Positions 39,668 to 48,701 of a DNA stretch of 56,142 nt are shown here, piece after piece (the stretch's first letter is position 1; every line of letters starts with the position of its first letter). The stretch is taken from positions 1 through 56,142 of the forward strand of contig JAHJSU010000052.1 in the NCBI GenBank assembly GCA_018829985.1. Direction: 5' to 3'. Both the position numbers and the translations under genes were made by a program. This DNA comes from Elusimicrobiota bacterium (GTDB taxonomy: Bacteria; Elusimicrobiota; Elusimicrobia; Elusimicrobiales; UBA9959). Below the pieces are notes generated by a model, which did not search any database, was not told the origin of the DNA, and saw only the letters and a program-made list of their open reading frames with translations.

Positions 39668-40252
39668 ATGAAAGCCATGAAAATCGGATTTCCGGCTGTG
39701 GCGGGGAAGGGCGCGACGGTACTTATACTGGGGACCATGCCGGGGGCGGAGTCTTTGCGGAAGGGGGAATATTACGGGCATTCCCGCAACGCGTTCTGGT
39801 TCATCATGGGGCGCGTATTAAATAAGGAAACGGCGGGGCTGAGCTATACCGCAAAAAAAGAGATGCTGAAGGCGGACAAGATCGCTTTATGGGACGTCAT
39901 AAAAGCCTGCGAAAGGAAAGGCAGTCTCGATACATCCATAATCGCCGAATCAATAGTGATAAATGATTTCGCGGCCTTTTATTCCGCGCATCGGAGCATC
40001 AGGCGGGTTTTCTTTAACGGGGCACATGCCGAAACAGAATATAGAAAGCGCGTTCTGCCGCTGTTGCCGGACAGCTTTAAAGGAATGAAATATACAAGAC
40101 TTCCCTCAACAAGCCCGGCCATGGCAACACTGACGCGGGAATGCAAGCTGGCGGCCTGGTCGGCGATAATAAACCCGAAAATTGCAGTTAAAGTCGGTCC
40201 CCTTAGGCGGATATCCACAGCAATTTTCGGAAGGCTAAAGGATAAAGGCTGA
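39668..40252 (+). CDS. UDG-superfamily DNA glycosylase (DNA-deoxyinosine/hypoxanthine glycosylase-like) with repeat-encoded C-terminal tail
   Basis: ILGTMPGAESLRKGEYYGHSRNAFWFIMG and LPSTSPA motifs. The last ~26 codons are encoded by the repeat composite at 40174-40329. Confidence 0.75.
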   Translation: MKAMKIGFPAVAGKGATVLILGTMPGAESLRKGEYYGHSRNAFWFIMGRVLNKETAGLSYTAKKEMLKADKIALWDVIKACERKGSLDTSIIAESIVINDFAAFYSAHRSIRRVFFNGAHAETEYRKRVLPLLPDSFKGMKYTRLPSTSPAMATLTRECKLAAWSAIINPKIAVKVGPLRRISTAIFGRLKDKG

Positions 40253-40402
40253 AGGATGAAGGAAAAGATACAGCGGATCAAAGGGATTTTTCCGACCTTT
40301 AGCCTTTATCCCTAATCCTTTATCCTTCCTGAAAAATTCAATACATGCGTAGGTGTCCGCCTTAGGCGGATGTGCTTCAGACGGCCAACTGAATTTTTCG
40401 GG
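40174..40402. repeat. three-module composite: CCGAAAATTGCAG..CAGCAATTTTCGG, GGATAAAGG-word hairpin (40231-40329), TGAAAAATTCA..TGAATTTTTC
   Basis: Spans from inside the glycosylase CDS to the nucleotide before the TPR stop at 40403. The flanking loops carry TCCGCC-TTA-GGCGGA mini-hairpins. Confidence 0.85.
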
Positions 40403-42646
40403 TCAGTCTCCCATCCAGATCTTGCCGTTATGGCAAAAGCGCCGGCCCTGACTGACTTTGGCGCCGAAGAAGGCTGTGGCCTTGGTTTCCGGGATATGGG
40501 TGTCGCCGCGGCGGTAATTTTCTATGTAGGTCGCGAGTTTATTCGTGCCTTTCATGGCGCAGATCGCGCCCTGCATGTAGCAGAGAAAGTAACGCTGCCG
40601 TTTTGGGGCTTTTATCAGTTTTAGTATCTCGCCGGGTTTCTCGGTAAGCGTTTCCACCGGACATTCCGTGGCGCTTAGCAGCCATGAAAATTCGGGTTCG
40701 GAGATCTCTCTGTAGCCGTCTTTCAGCGCCTGCTCCGTTTCAGGATTTTCCTTCACGGGAGCGGAAGCGGCCGCAGAAACGGACGCGGGGGCCTCATAAG
40801 GCATAAGCCAGCTCTTGGTCCCGGCCTGGGCCTGCCAGTAGGCGGCCATCCCGTCCCCGGTCAGGTTGCCGGCGGGGTCGAATATCGGTTTGCCTTTAAG
40901 GTCTTTTAAGACGAACACCTCACTCAGGGTAATGCCTTTTTTTTCAAAAAACCCCACCGCGTCGCGGGTGAGATAGCTCTGGTAGGCTTTAAAACCGGCC
41001 ATGGTCAGCATCAGTTTTACCCCGCCCCGGACCTGCCTGACCACTATTAACCCGTTCATTAACGGCGCCCTGCCTTTCAGAAAATCTATAGCCCCGCGCT
41101 TTTCAGCCTGGCGCATGGTTTTCACGGTATTGAGGTCTTCCTCGGAGAGCTCGGTTTTAGCGGCGTCCACGGCTTTACGCTCTTTAAGTTCCGAAAGTAT
41201 CCCGGCATTTGAGAGCAGGCTGAAATTGATATCGTCCAGGCGTTCTTTGGCTTTTGCGTTGGACGGTTCGACTTTCAATACCCTCTCGTATAAGGCGGCC
41301 GCGGCGGCGAGGTCCGCTTTGGCCTCATAAGCGCCGGCCAGTCCGAGCAGCGCGTTCAGCTCGTTTTTGTTTATTTCAAGGGCTTTCTGATAATAGAGCG
41401 CGGTTTTTGCCTGGTCGCCCAGTTTTGACCAGGTCTGGGCCGTTTTTATATGGCAGAAAGCCGCCATTGCCTGGTTGCTGTCGCCGGGCGCGGCCTGCCC
41501 CGCACTTTGGCCCTTTTGGAAAAAGTGCGGGGCCGGAGGGTCTTTTTTGCCGAACAGCGCGGCCGCCCGCTGATATTCTTCGCCGGCCGGCTCATATTTG
41601 CCGAGCCGCGCCAGGAGGTTCGCGCGCTCCAGCCGCACCTGGGCGTTTTGAGGCATCAGGCCGGCGCAGGCGGAAAGTTTTTTTTCCGCAGCGGCGAGGT
41701 CGTTTTTCCTCTCTGACTCCTGCGCGTCCGAAACGCACGCGTCAAATGTCATGCGCGGCCGGGCAGCGGCTTTTTTTGAGGCCTGACGGGGCCGTTTCAT
41801 TCCTTTTTTGACTGAAAGCCGCTTTATTTTCCCTCTTATTATTCCGGAGTATGACCGGGCGTCAAAATCCGCGGCTTTTTTTACGAGAGCCAGCGCTTTG
41901 AGGTAATTTTTTAAAGCCCGGGGCCGATCGGAAGTCTTTTCATACTCGGCGGCCAGATAGTAATAGGCCTTGTAATTATCAGAGGAAAGTTCAACGCCCT
42001 GGGAGAGCGTCTCCACGGCTTTTTTGTGTTTTCCGTTTTTTGAATAGGTAAGGCCAAGTTCCCGGTAGACCGGCCAGGCCGTGGGTTCACGCTCCATGGC
42101 TCTTTTGCAGTTCGAGAGCGCCTCCGGGGCCTGGCCGGAATTCCTGTATATCTTGCACAGCCCAAAGTGGTAAATATAGTCGTCGTCGGCGGCCGGCGCC
42201 CCGGCGGTTATGGCATGGAGGGACGCCGCGCGCTTTGAATGTCCCTCAGGCAGTATCTCAACGGCGTAGAGATAAAGTTCCCTGTCGGCGGGGTTCTTGT
42301 TAAGGCCTTCCAGGCATATATCAAGCGCCTTCCCGGTCTGTCCCTGCTCGTAGGCTTTCACGGCGTTGTCCAGGGGACCGGCCGCTTTTCCCGCGTCAGC
42401 GGGCCCGGCCGAAACGTTCACGGCGAACGCCAGGGCGCAGAGGAAAGGCACAAAGGCACAAAGGCACAGAGGCACAGAGGCACGGAGGAACAAAGGCACA
42501 GAGGCACAGAGGAACAAAGGGAAGGAGCTCCTTATAACTTTGTGCCTTTGAAACTTTGCCACTTTGTGCCTCTCCCTATAACTTTGAACCTCTGTCACTT
42601 CCCCTTTGACCTTTTGCCACTTCCCCTTTGCCGCTTTGTCCCTCAT
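40403..42646 (-). CDS. TPR-repeat protein with hairpin-encoded N-terminal signal anchor
   Basis: Long ORF with several TPR-like units (e.g. [28 protein letters not shown]). ATG 42646 overlaps the dcd stop as ATGA and is preferred over 42727, but a GTG inside the hydrophobic stretch is also possible. Confidence 0.7.
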   Translation of the reverse strand: MRDKAAKGKWQKVKGEVTEVQSYRERHKVAKFQRHKVIRSSFPLFLCASVPLFLRASVPLCLCAFVPFLCALAFAVNVSAGPADAGKAAGPLDNAVKAYEQGQTGKALDICLEGLNKNPADRELYLYAVEILPEGHSKRAASLHAITAGAPAADDDYIYHFGLCKIYRNSGQAPEALSNCKRAMEREPTAWPVYRELGLTYSKNGKHKKAVETLSQGVELSSDNYKAYYYLAAEYEKTSDRPRALKNYLKALALVKKAADFDARSYSGIIRGKIKRLSVKKGMKRPRQASKKAAARPRMTFDACVSDAQESERKNDLAAAEKKLSACAGLMPQNAQVRLERANLLARLGKYEPAGEEYQRAAALFGKKDPPAPHFFQKGQSAGQAAPGDSNQAMAAFCHIKTAQTWSKLGDQAKTALYYQKALEINKNELNALLGLAGAYEAKADLAAAAALYERVLKVEPSNAKAKERLDDINFSLLSNAGILSELKERKAVDAAKTELSEEDLNTVKTMRQAEKRGAIDFLKGRAPLMNGLIVVRQVRGGVKLMLTMAGFKAYQSYLTRDAVGFFEKKGITLSEVFVLKDLKGKPIFDPAGNLTGDGMAAYWQAQAGTKSWLMPYEAPASVSAAASAPVKENPETEQALKDGYREISEPEFSWLLSATECPVETLTEKPGEILKLIKAPKRQRYFLCYMQGAICAMKGTNKLATYIENYRRGDTHIPETKATAFFGAKVSQGRRFCHNGKIWMGD
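42438..42642. repeat. CACAGAGG/CACAAAGG-word hairpin (~90-nt arms), loop GGAGCTCCTTATAAC, lying inside the 5' end of the TPR ORF
   Basis: Read directly. It ends at the nucleotide before the dcd stop codon. Confidence 0.9.
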
Positions 42647-43206
42647 TTGGTTTTCAGTATTCTGGGCAGAGTGACGCCGCGCTGCGACTGATATTTGCCC
42701 TTTCTGTCTTTGTAAGAGATCTCGCATATCCGGTCGGATTCCAGGAATATCAGCTGGGCTATGCCTTCGTTGGAGTAGATCTTGGCCGGTATGGGCGTGG
42801 TGTTGGATATCTCAAGGGTCAGATGGCCTTCCCATTCCGGCTCAAGGGGGGTGATGTTGACCACTATGCCGCATCTGGCATAGGTGCTCTTGCCGATGCA
42901 GAGCCCTATAACGTTCCTTGGTATTTTGAAATATTCCACCGAGCGCGCGAGCGCGAAAGAGCGCGCCGGCACTATGCAGAAGGGTTCTTTTATGTCCACG
43001 AAGGATTTGGAATTGAAGACTTTGGGATCCACCACGCAATTATGAACATCGGTGAAGACTTTGTATTCATCGGCCACCCTGATGTCGTAACCGTAGGAAG
43101 AAAGCCCATAGGAGATCCTGTTTCTGGCTATAAGTTTATCAACGAAAGGCGAGATCATTCTCGAATCCAGGCACATCTTCCTTATCCATGAATCAGATTT
43201 CAGCAT
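42643..43206 (-). CDS. dcd: dCTP deaminase
   Basis: [21 protein letters not shown], and a C-terminal KYQ motif region. Confidence 0.92.
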   Translation of the reverse strand: MLKSDSWIRKMCLDSRMISPFVDKLIARNRISYGLSSYGYDIRVADEYKVFTDVHNCVVDPKVFNSKSFVDIKEPFCIVPARSFALARSVEYFKIPRNVIGLCIGKSTYARCGIVVNITPLEPEWEGHLTLEISNTTPIPAKIYSNEGIAQLIFLESDRICEISYKDRKGKYQSQRGVTLPRILKTK

Positions 43207-43228
43207 GTTCTACTCCTTATAATAGACA

Positions 43229-43336
43229 GGGGGGAAGGGTTTTAGGTGTTAAGGGTTTTAAGGGAACGGCGACAACCCTGTACGGATTCAAACACAACAC
43301 CCTTAAACCCTAATGCCCTTAAACCCTCAAACCCTT
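43229..43336. repeat. GTTAAGGG/TTTAAGGG-word hairpin; 3' arm overlaps last codons of the HpnD-like gene
   Basis: ggggggaagggttttaggtgttaagggttttaaggg .. cacccttaaaccctaatgcccttaaaccctcaaaccctt. Confidence 0.8.
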
Positions 43337-44169
43337 ATGTTAATGAACCGCCAGGCTTTATAGACCGCTTTTATTTTTTTAAATCCGCCGAGACGGATCC
43401 GCTCGCCCGCAATTTTGAATCCGCGGGCTTCGAGCTTGTCCAGAAGCTCCGAATAAACTTCAGCCATGATAAACGCGCTTAAAAGCTTCTTCTTTTCCGG
43501 GCCGGCGGCCAGTTCCCGCGCTGCGGCGTAAAAACCGCGGGCTCTTTTGGCCTCGAACCTCATTAATTCTATAAAATTATCGGGGTAAATAGAATTTTTG
43601 AAGGCCCGATGATCGCAGCGGAACATCTCAAGGTCCCCCAGCGGCAGATAGAGCCTGCCGCAGGCCGCGTCCTCAAAGACGTCCCTGATTATATTGGTGA
43701 GCTGTACGGCGTAGCCCAGGTTCTCGGCGAGGGCCTGGCCCCGCGCCCCGCGGTATCCGAAAATCTCAAGGCAGGCAAGCCCGACAGCCCCGGCCACTCT
43801 GTACATGTAATATTTAAGTTCGTCAAAAGTGGCGTATTCGTGCTTATATATATCCATGCTTAACCCGTCAAGCACCAGCAGGAAGTTGGCTTTGCGCATG
43901 GAAAAAGTTCTGATTGCAAAGGCAAGGTCCGCTTCAAGCGGGTTTTTGGCCGCCGAGCCGCTGAAAAGCGCTTCTATCCTGGTCCGCCAGGTCAGAAGCC
44001 GGGCCTCTTTGTGTTCCGGAGCGCCGGCCGGGTCATCGGCGATATCATCCACTGTCCGCGCGTAACCGTAAAACGCCGACAAGGCTCGGCGCTGGTCCGG
44101 GGCCAGAAAGAAAAAAGCGGGCCGAAAACTTGAGCCCGCTTCATAAGACCGCGAGGGACTGCTGGGCAT
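43327..44169 (-). CDS. squalene/phytoene synthase family protein (HpnD/CrtB-like)
   Basis: FYGYARTVDDIADD and TNIIRDVFEDAACGRLYLP Asp-rich motifs. Confidence 0.8.
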   Translation of the reverse strand: MPSSPSRSYEAGSSFRPAFFFLAPDQRRALSAFYGYARTVDDIADDPAGAPEHKEARLLTWRTRIEALFSGSAAKNPLEADLAFAIRTFSMRKANFLLVLDGLSMDIYKHEYATFDELKYYMYRVAGAVGLACLEIFGYRGARGQALAENLGYAVQLTNIIRDVFEDAACGRLYLPLGDLEMFRCDHRAFKNSIYPDNFIELMRFEAKRARGFYAAARELAAGPEKKKLLSAFIMAEVYSELLDKLEARGFKIAGERIRLGGFKKIKAVYKAWRFINIRV

Positions 44170-44174
44170 AAAAA

Positions 44175-44243
44175 ATCAGAGGTCAGAGGTAAGAGGTCAG
44201 AAAACAGCTTAAATTTTACATCTTACATCTTACATCTACCCTG
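44175..44243. repeat. CAGAGGTMAGAGG 5' arm / CATCTTA 3' arm, poorly pairing word element
   Basis: About 2 mismatches per 12 nt. Fills the spacer between 44169 and 44246. Confidence 0.6.
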
Positions 44244-44245
44244 TT

Positions 44246-45640
44246 TTAGTTTATCCTTTCCAGGTATTTTCTAAACTTCCGCCAGTTGGACGCTTTTTCG
44301 AACGCCAACTCGCCGTAAGTGTCGTTGTATTCTATAAGCGTTCCGGGTTTTCCGGGGATGTCTATGGCAATACCATGGGTGTTGGAATATTCCTTGCCCG
44401 TGCGGTCTTTGCCCTGATAGACGTTTTTTATTACAAGCTCTTCGGCTATAAACTTCTGAAGATCTTCGCCGGCCGTCCTGAATTTATCGGCGCCGGGCAG
44501 GGCGGGGTTCAGGCCGGCGTTTACGAGCGCTATGAAATGATAGAGGTCGCCGTAAAAAGAGAGCTGCTTGTCCGGGTCCGTCACTTCGTCGCCCACCTCG
44601 AAGCGCAGCACGCCCTCTTTCGCTTTTTTGCAGGCCGCTGTGTCGTCGACCGCCATGGCAACCCCGGCCCAATCCTTTACGAGCTTCGCGAAAGCGGGAA
44701 GCTTAGCGGACCTGATGGCCGAGAGCTGCGTGCCGTATTTGGATTTTTCCAGCATGTCGGAATATTCGGGCCTTGAATACATCTCCTTAAAAGTGTCGAC
44801 CAGGTAAAGTCCGGCTTTATCCGGAGGGGCCTGGGGATTCTTAAGCATCAGCGCGAAAAAGTCTTCAAAATTGAAACTGGGCAACTGGATGATCTCTTCA
44901 GATCCGACTATCACGTCCGCGCCGTCCTTGAGTTCATAAGCCACTTCCGCCATCTGCATGAAGCAGGCCATCGAAGCGTAAAGATCGACTTTGCCCGCTT
45001 CCCTGAATATCCCGCCCAATTCCGTCGTCTTTATGTAGCTGCCGGTGACGAAATCGTGGGAAATGGATTTTGAAGGAGCCGTCGGATCGTCCACGTGGTT
45101 TTCGTCCGGCTTTTTGGGATCCAGCCAGCCCCAGCCGTGGTCCCAGATTATGAGCATATAGCGGTCGGCCGGGTAATTGGCCCTGGCCCATTTTACGAAC
45201 GAGACCGCCTCTCTGTAATCGCCCATATCCGCCTTGCCCAGATCCATCAGCACGGGCGAGGTTATGCGGTCCTTGTCGGCGTCCCTGACGACGAGATATC
45301 TCCTGACGCCTTCCCAGTCGCCGTCGGCCTGAGTGTCGTTGTCCAGCCCTTTTGAGCGGCCGAGTTCAACGACAATGTTGACCTTTTCGCTTGAACCGAC
45401 GGTTTCAAAACGGTTCATGTCGTTCAAGGCGAACGGCTCGATGTTGCTCTTGCCGTTCATGAACACCATTATGGTCCAGTCAGCAGAAGGCTGAAGGCTT
45501 AAGGCTGAAGGCTGAGGGAACGGTGCGGACTGCAGGGCGTTTTTTATGTCGTTGGGCGTGACGGAATTAAGATTGAAATCGGCGTGAAGGGGAGTATTGG
45601 CGCAAAGCAGCGAGGCGAAGAGCAATGCGGTTTTTTTCAT
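44246..45640 (-). CDS. secreted clostripain-like (C11 family) cysteine peptidase
   Basis: Start MKKTALLFASLLCANTPLHA with GAGGAGG SD. WTIMVFMNGKSN, LIIWDHGWGW (His) and ASMACFMQMAEVAYEL (Cys) match C11 hallmarks from memory. Confidence 0.78.
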   Translation of the reverse strand: MKKTALLFASLLCANTPLHADFNLNSVTPNDIKNALQSAPFPQPSALSLQPSADWTIMVFMNGKSNIEPFALNDMNRFETVGSSEKVNIVVELGRSKGLDNDTQADGDWEGVRRYLVVRDADKDRITSPVLMDLGKADMGDYREAVSFVKWARANYPADRYMLIIWDHGWGWLDPKKPDENHVDDPTAPSKSISHDFVTGSYIKTTELGGIFREAGKVDLYASMACFMQMAEVAYELKDGADVIVGSEEIIQLPSFNFEDFFALMLKNPQAPPDKAGLYLVDTFKEMYSRPEYSDMLEKSKYGTQLSAIRSAKLPAFAKLVKDWAGVAMAVDDTAACKKAKEGVLRFEVGDEVTDPDKQLSFYGDLYHFIALVNAGLNPALPGADKFRTAGEDLQKFIAEELVIKNVYQGKDRTGKEYSNTHGIAIDIPGKPGTLIEYNDTYGELAFEKASNWRKFRKYLERIN

Positions 45641-45654
45641 GGCAGCCTCCTCTG

Positions 45655-45900
45655 GCGAAAAGTCTAAAGTGGAGAGTAAATAGAACAAAAGTCTAAAGTA
45701 AATAAAACGGAAGTCTAAAGTAATAACGCAAGTCGAGGGTGGAGCGAAGCGACACAATTCAACTGTATCCAACAGGTGGAGAGTCTAAAGTCTAAAGATT
45801 ATAAGGAAATCCGCATCATACTCTACACTTTAGACTCTAGACTTTCGACTATCGACCCTGGACTCTACACTTTCGACTCCCGGCTTTAGACTCCGGACTT
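45655..45900. repeat. GTCTAAAG-word element (copy 2, extended, opposite orientation of loop)
   Basis: The purine arm (45661-45800) is interrupted by about 50 nt, the loop is GATTATAAGGAAATCCGCATCAT, and the pyrimidine arm spans 45815-45900. Confidence 0.85.
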
Positions 45901-45977
45901 AGGTATTCGTAAAACCGTGAACGCGAATCTATCCAAAGTCTATAACTAATTGTTGATGGAAATCAACACAAATTCCG

Positions 45978-48488
45978 TCACAGTCCGGAATACCGCAGTT
46001 TATTCTCAAGCAGCGCGTCGTAATAGGCGGTCAGGCTGTCGCGGTGGGAGGCGGTCCTGTATATCTTGCCCAGCGGGAAGATGAAGGTCTTCCAGGGGAG
46101 CTGCATGGACCAGAAGCCGTCGTTGCCGTCCACATTGTACCAGGAAGCTTGAAGATCCTTCATTATTATCTCCGCAAGTATGTGCCCGTAACAGCGTAAA
46201 AGCTTCCAGCCGTCGGTGGTGGGGGGAATGTCCGGCCTGAAATTATTTTTCAGGACGGTTTCCAGCCTTACGAGGCCCGACCGCCCCAGTTCAATATTGT
46301 TCGTTTCCGCCAGGGTTGAGACAAGAAGCATTATCCGCTTATGTTCGGTTTGCGCGTCCGTGAGCCGTTCGGGGTGGCTGGAGCTTTTGCTCTGCACCGC
46401 CGCGACCCCCTGGGGTTTCAGGTTCTGCGCGTCCAGCTCATCCTGCACGTACTGGAGGTATTTTGTAAGCCAGCCCGGCTCCGGCAGACTTTCCTGCCAC
46501 AGCAGCTTCCAGACGCGCTCTATAGGATAGGTGACGACGCGTTTCGGGGCCGCGATTATCAGGGGCCAGCCCCAGGGGTCGAAATCCAGGAACTTTATCA
46601 GCCGGCCTTTCAGCCTTTCCTGCATCACGTAGCATAAGAAGGCCGAACAGTCTTTGACTATTTCAATAGCGTCCTGCGGATTCTGTCTGGCCTGTATGAA
46701 GGTCAGCCTGAGTTTCTTTTCCACCTCGGCCAGGCCGTCCGCGTTAAAGTAGACCTTTTTATTGAACCCGTCCTCAAGCGCCGAGGCCAGTTTAAAAGCT
46801 CTGCCCAGAAAATCGTCTTTTTTGCTTTCTTCGATCGTTGGCGGGAGTGTGGATTCGATGGCGCCCTCGAACGTTTCAGTGTCTGATTCGCGGGCGGGCT
46901 GTTTGGCCGCCGGCATATCAGGCGCAGGCTGTTTCACTTCCGGCTTATCCGCGGCCGGCGGCCTTGTGGTGCGGTTGCTTATTTTCGGCATGGCCGCTTC
47001 AAGCGAAGCCGCCGTCTTTTCCCGGGCGGGCGAAAGCGCCGGCGCGGCCTGTCCGCCGGGGACGGCGGGCGAAGGCGGGGGCGCGGCCTGTCCGCCGGGG
47101 CTTGCGGATGAAGATTCGGCCTTCCGGGATTTGAAAATATCGGCGGTCTTATGCTGCTCCGTCACCGGAGCTGCCGCCGGCTCGGGAGGAGCTGAGGGCT
47201 GAGGGCGGTGAACCGCGTTGGGTTCACCGTTCTGTTTTATTGAGGACTGGATGGCCGGCGGACCGGATGGCTGGGGCGGGGAAAGCGGTTCCCGGACGGA
47301 GGTCTCGATCTCGCGTGAATTTTTAATCAGGGCGGGACCCTGGATCGGGGGCAGTTCCGCGGCCAGCCGCGAACCTGAATTCAGATCGGTCAGCGCTATC
47401 TCGTTTATGAGGGCCGCCGCTTCCCGGAGGTTGCCGGTTTTAATGAGGGCCAGGCAAAGATTAGCTTTTGATTGTATGGCGGGCCATAAACCCGCGGAAG
47501 AGCGATAGCAGGTCTCGGCGTCGCCGTAATTGCCCGTGCGAAAATGAATGTTGCCTAAATGGAAAAATATCTTTGAGCTGAGCGGGGAAGGGCTTTTGAG
47601 CGCGGCGTTGAAAATGTTTACGGCCTCGCTTAATTCCTTCCGGTTTTTATTCTTTAAAGCGTTTGTCGACAGCGTTACGCCCAGACCGAAAAGTCCCTCC
47701 GTTTTTAGAAACGAATTTTCCGAAAGTTTTTTAAAAATATCCCTGGCGGCGGGGAATCCGCCTTCTTCAAAGGAGAGCCAGGCCAGTTCCAGTTCTTTTC
47801 TTTCGCTGAAAGGCGAGCCGGCGGGGATTTTTTCCAGCAGCCGGCGGGGTGTGTCCAGATCGCCGGTTTTTCTGTGGATCTCCGCCAGACAGCAGTAGAA
47901 TTCCGGATCCGCGACGTTTCTGGCGTACTCATAGGCTTCCTGAAAAAGCCCCAGATTTATCAGAATGTCCGCATAAAACCCAATTGGCGCGTGACCGGGG
48001 TTTTGAGCCGTTAAAACTTCCGTAAAATAGTTGGCGCGATGCAGATTTCCCAGGTCCGCTTCGTTTTTCGCCGCGCTTTCAAAATCCGTATCCGTCGGAA
48101 ACGCGGGCGGAGTCTGGAGAAATCCAATGACCGCTGAGAGCTGTTTTTTGTCAAGGCGTATTTCAGCCGGGGCGAATTTGGCCTGTGGCAAAGGAGGATT
48201 AAAAGCGAAAATGTCGGCGGCCGGCGCGTGGAACAAAATATGCAGAAAAGAAAGACTCGGTTTGGCATAAACCGGGGGGGCCGGCAATCTTATATCCGTA
48301 AATGCCGGAAGGAGCACGGACTCCTTGTCTTTATACCCGGTTAGGGCGTAGAAACCGGGCGGCGGGGTTTCGTAAAGGGTGACCGGGGCGGCAAGCTCCG
48401 GGAACTCCCTGAAGTTGCTGATTATTTCCGCAAGCGCCGGGGCGGAAGAAAGCCTGAAAAGGTTGAACTTGGAAAGATTATCCGTCAT
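45978..48488 (-). CDS. large TPR-containing protein with Pro/Ala-rich linker
   Basis: 836-aa ORF with TPR-like units in the N-terminal half, a low-complexity PxAP region containing a 39-nt tandem duplication (approx 47042-47100), and an uncharacterised C-terminal domain. Confidence 0.7.
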   Translation of the reverse strand: MTDNLSKFNLFRLSSAPALAEIISNFREFPELAAPVTLYETPPPGFYALTGYKDKESVLLPAFTDIRLPAPPVYAKPSLSFLHILFHAPAADIFAFNPPLPQAKFAPAEIRLDKKQLSAVIGFLQTPPAFPTDTDFESAAKNEADLGNLHRANYFTEVLTAQNPGHAPIGFYADILINLGLFQEAYEYARNVADPEFYCCLAEIHRKTGDLDTPRRLLEKIPAGSPFSERKELELAWLSFEEGGFPAARDIFKKLSENSFLKTEGLFGLGVTLSTNALKNKNRKELSEAVNIFNAALKSPSPLSSKIFFHLGNIHFRTGNYGDAETCYRSSAGLWPAIQSKANLCLALIKTGNLREAAALINEIALTDLNSGSRLAAELPPIQGPALIKNSREIETSVREPLSPPQPSGPPAIQSSIKQNGEPNAVHRPQPSAPPEPAAAPVTEQHKTADIFKSRKAESSSASPGGQAAPPPSPAVPGGQAAPALSPAREKTAASLEAAMPKISNRTTRPPAADKPEVKQPAPDMPAAKQPARESDTETFEGAIESTLPPTIEESKKDDFLGRAFKLASALEDGFNKKVYFNADGLAEVEKKLRLTFIQARQNPQDAIEIVKDCSAFLCYVMQERLKGRLIKFLDFDPWGWPLIIAAPKRVVTYPIERVWKLLWQESLPEPGWLTKYLQYVQDELDAQNLKPQGVAAVQSKSSSHPERLTDAQTEHKRIMLLVSTLAETNNIELGRSGLVRLETVLKNNFRPDIPPTTDGWKLLRCYGHILAEIIMKDLQASWYNVDGNDGFWSMQLPWKTFIFPLGKIYRTASHRDSLTAYYDALLENKLRYSGL

Positions 48489-48494
48489 AAATTG

Positions 48495-48607
48495 CTGCTC
48501 AAGTTATTAGGTTCAGGGTTCAAGGTTATTTTTTCCCACGCTCTTCTTGTGTCCTCTGGTTTTCAACCGTTGAACCGCTGAACCGTGAACCCGGAACCAG
48601 TAGTTAC
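48495..48607. repeat. GGTTCARGG-word hairpin with degenerate GTAAC-type termini
   Basis: The loop ttttcccacgctcttcttgtgtcctctggttttcaac is homologous to the loop at 50036-50078. The right terminus is ccagtagttac. Confidence 0.8.
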
Positions 48608-48701
48608 CTTTCAACACTACAGCATAGCATTTGATTTGAAGCTATAGGTTATTGTATATTTTTAGTTTATCTTTCTGTCAAGAGGTATTACCAGGCCGCT
48701 T

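Noticed and set aside
42647-42727. TPR ORF start at 42727
   Set aside because: It would overlap the 3' end of dcd by 85 nt. ATG 42646 forms the typical ATGA stop-start overlap instead.
45641-45772. N-terminal extension of the C11 peptidase ORF (TTG start at 45772)
   Set aside because: The extension is a translation of the GTCTAAAG repeat. The internal MKKTALLF start at 45640 has a strong GAGGAGG SD and a canonical signal peptide.
47042-47100. 39-nt tandem duplication (GCGCGGCCTGTCCGCCGGGG x2) inside the 836-aa TPR gene as another inserted repeat element
   Set aside because: It lies in a Pro/Ala-rich linker where in-frame slippage duplications are common. Resemblance to the CCGCC mini-hairpins is limited to 5-6 nt, so I treat it as ordinary low-complexity expansion.
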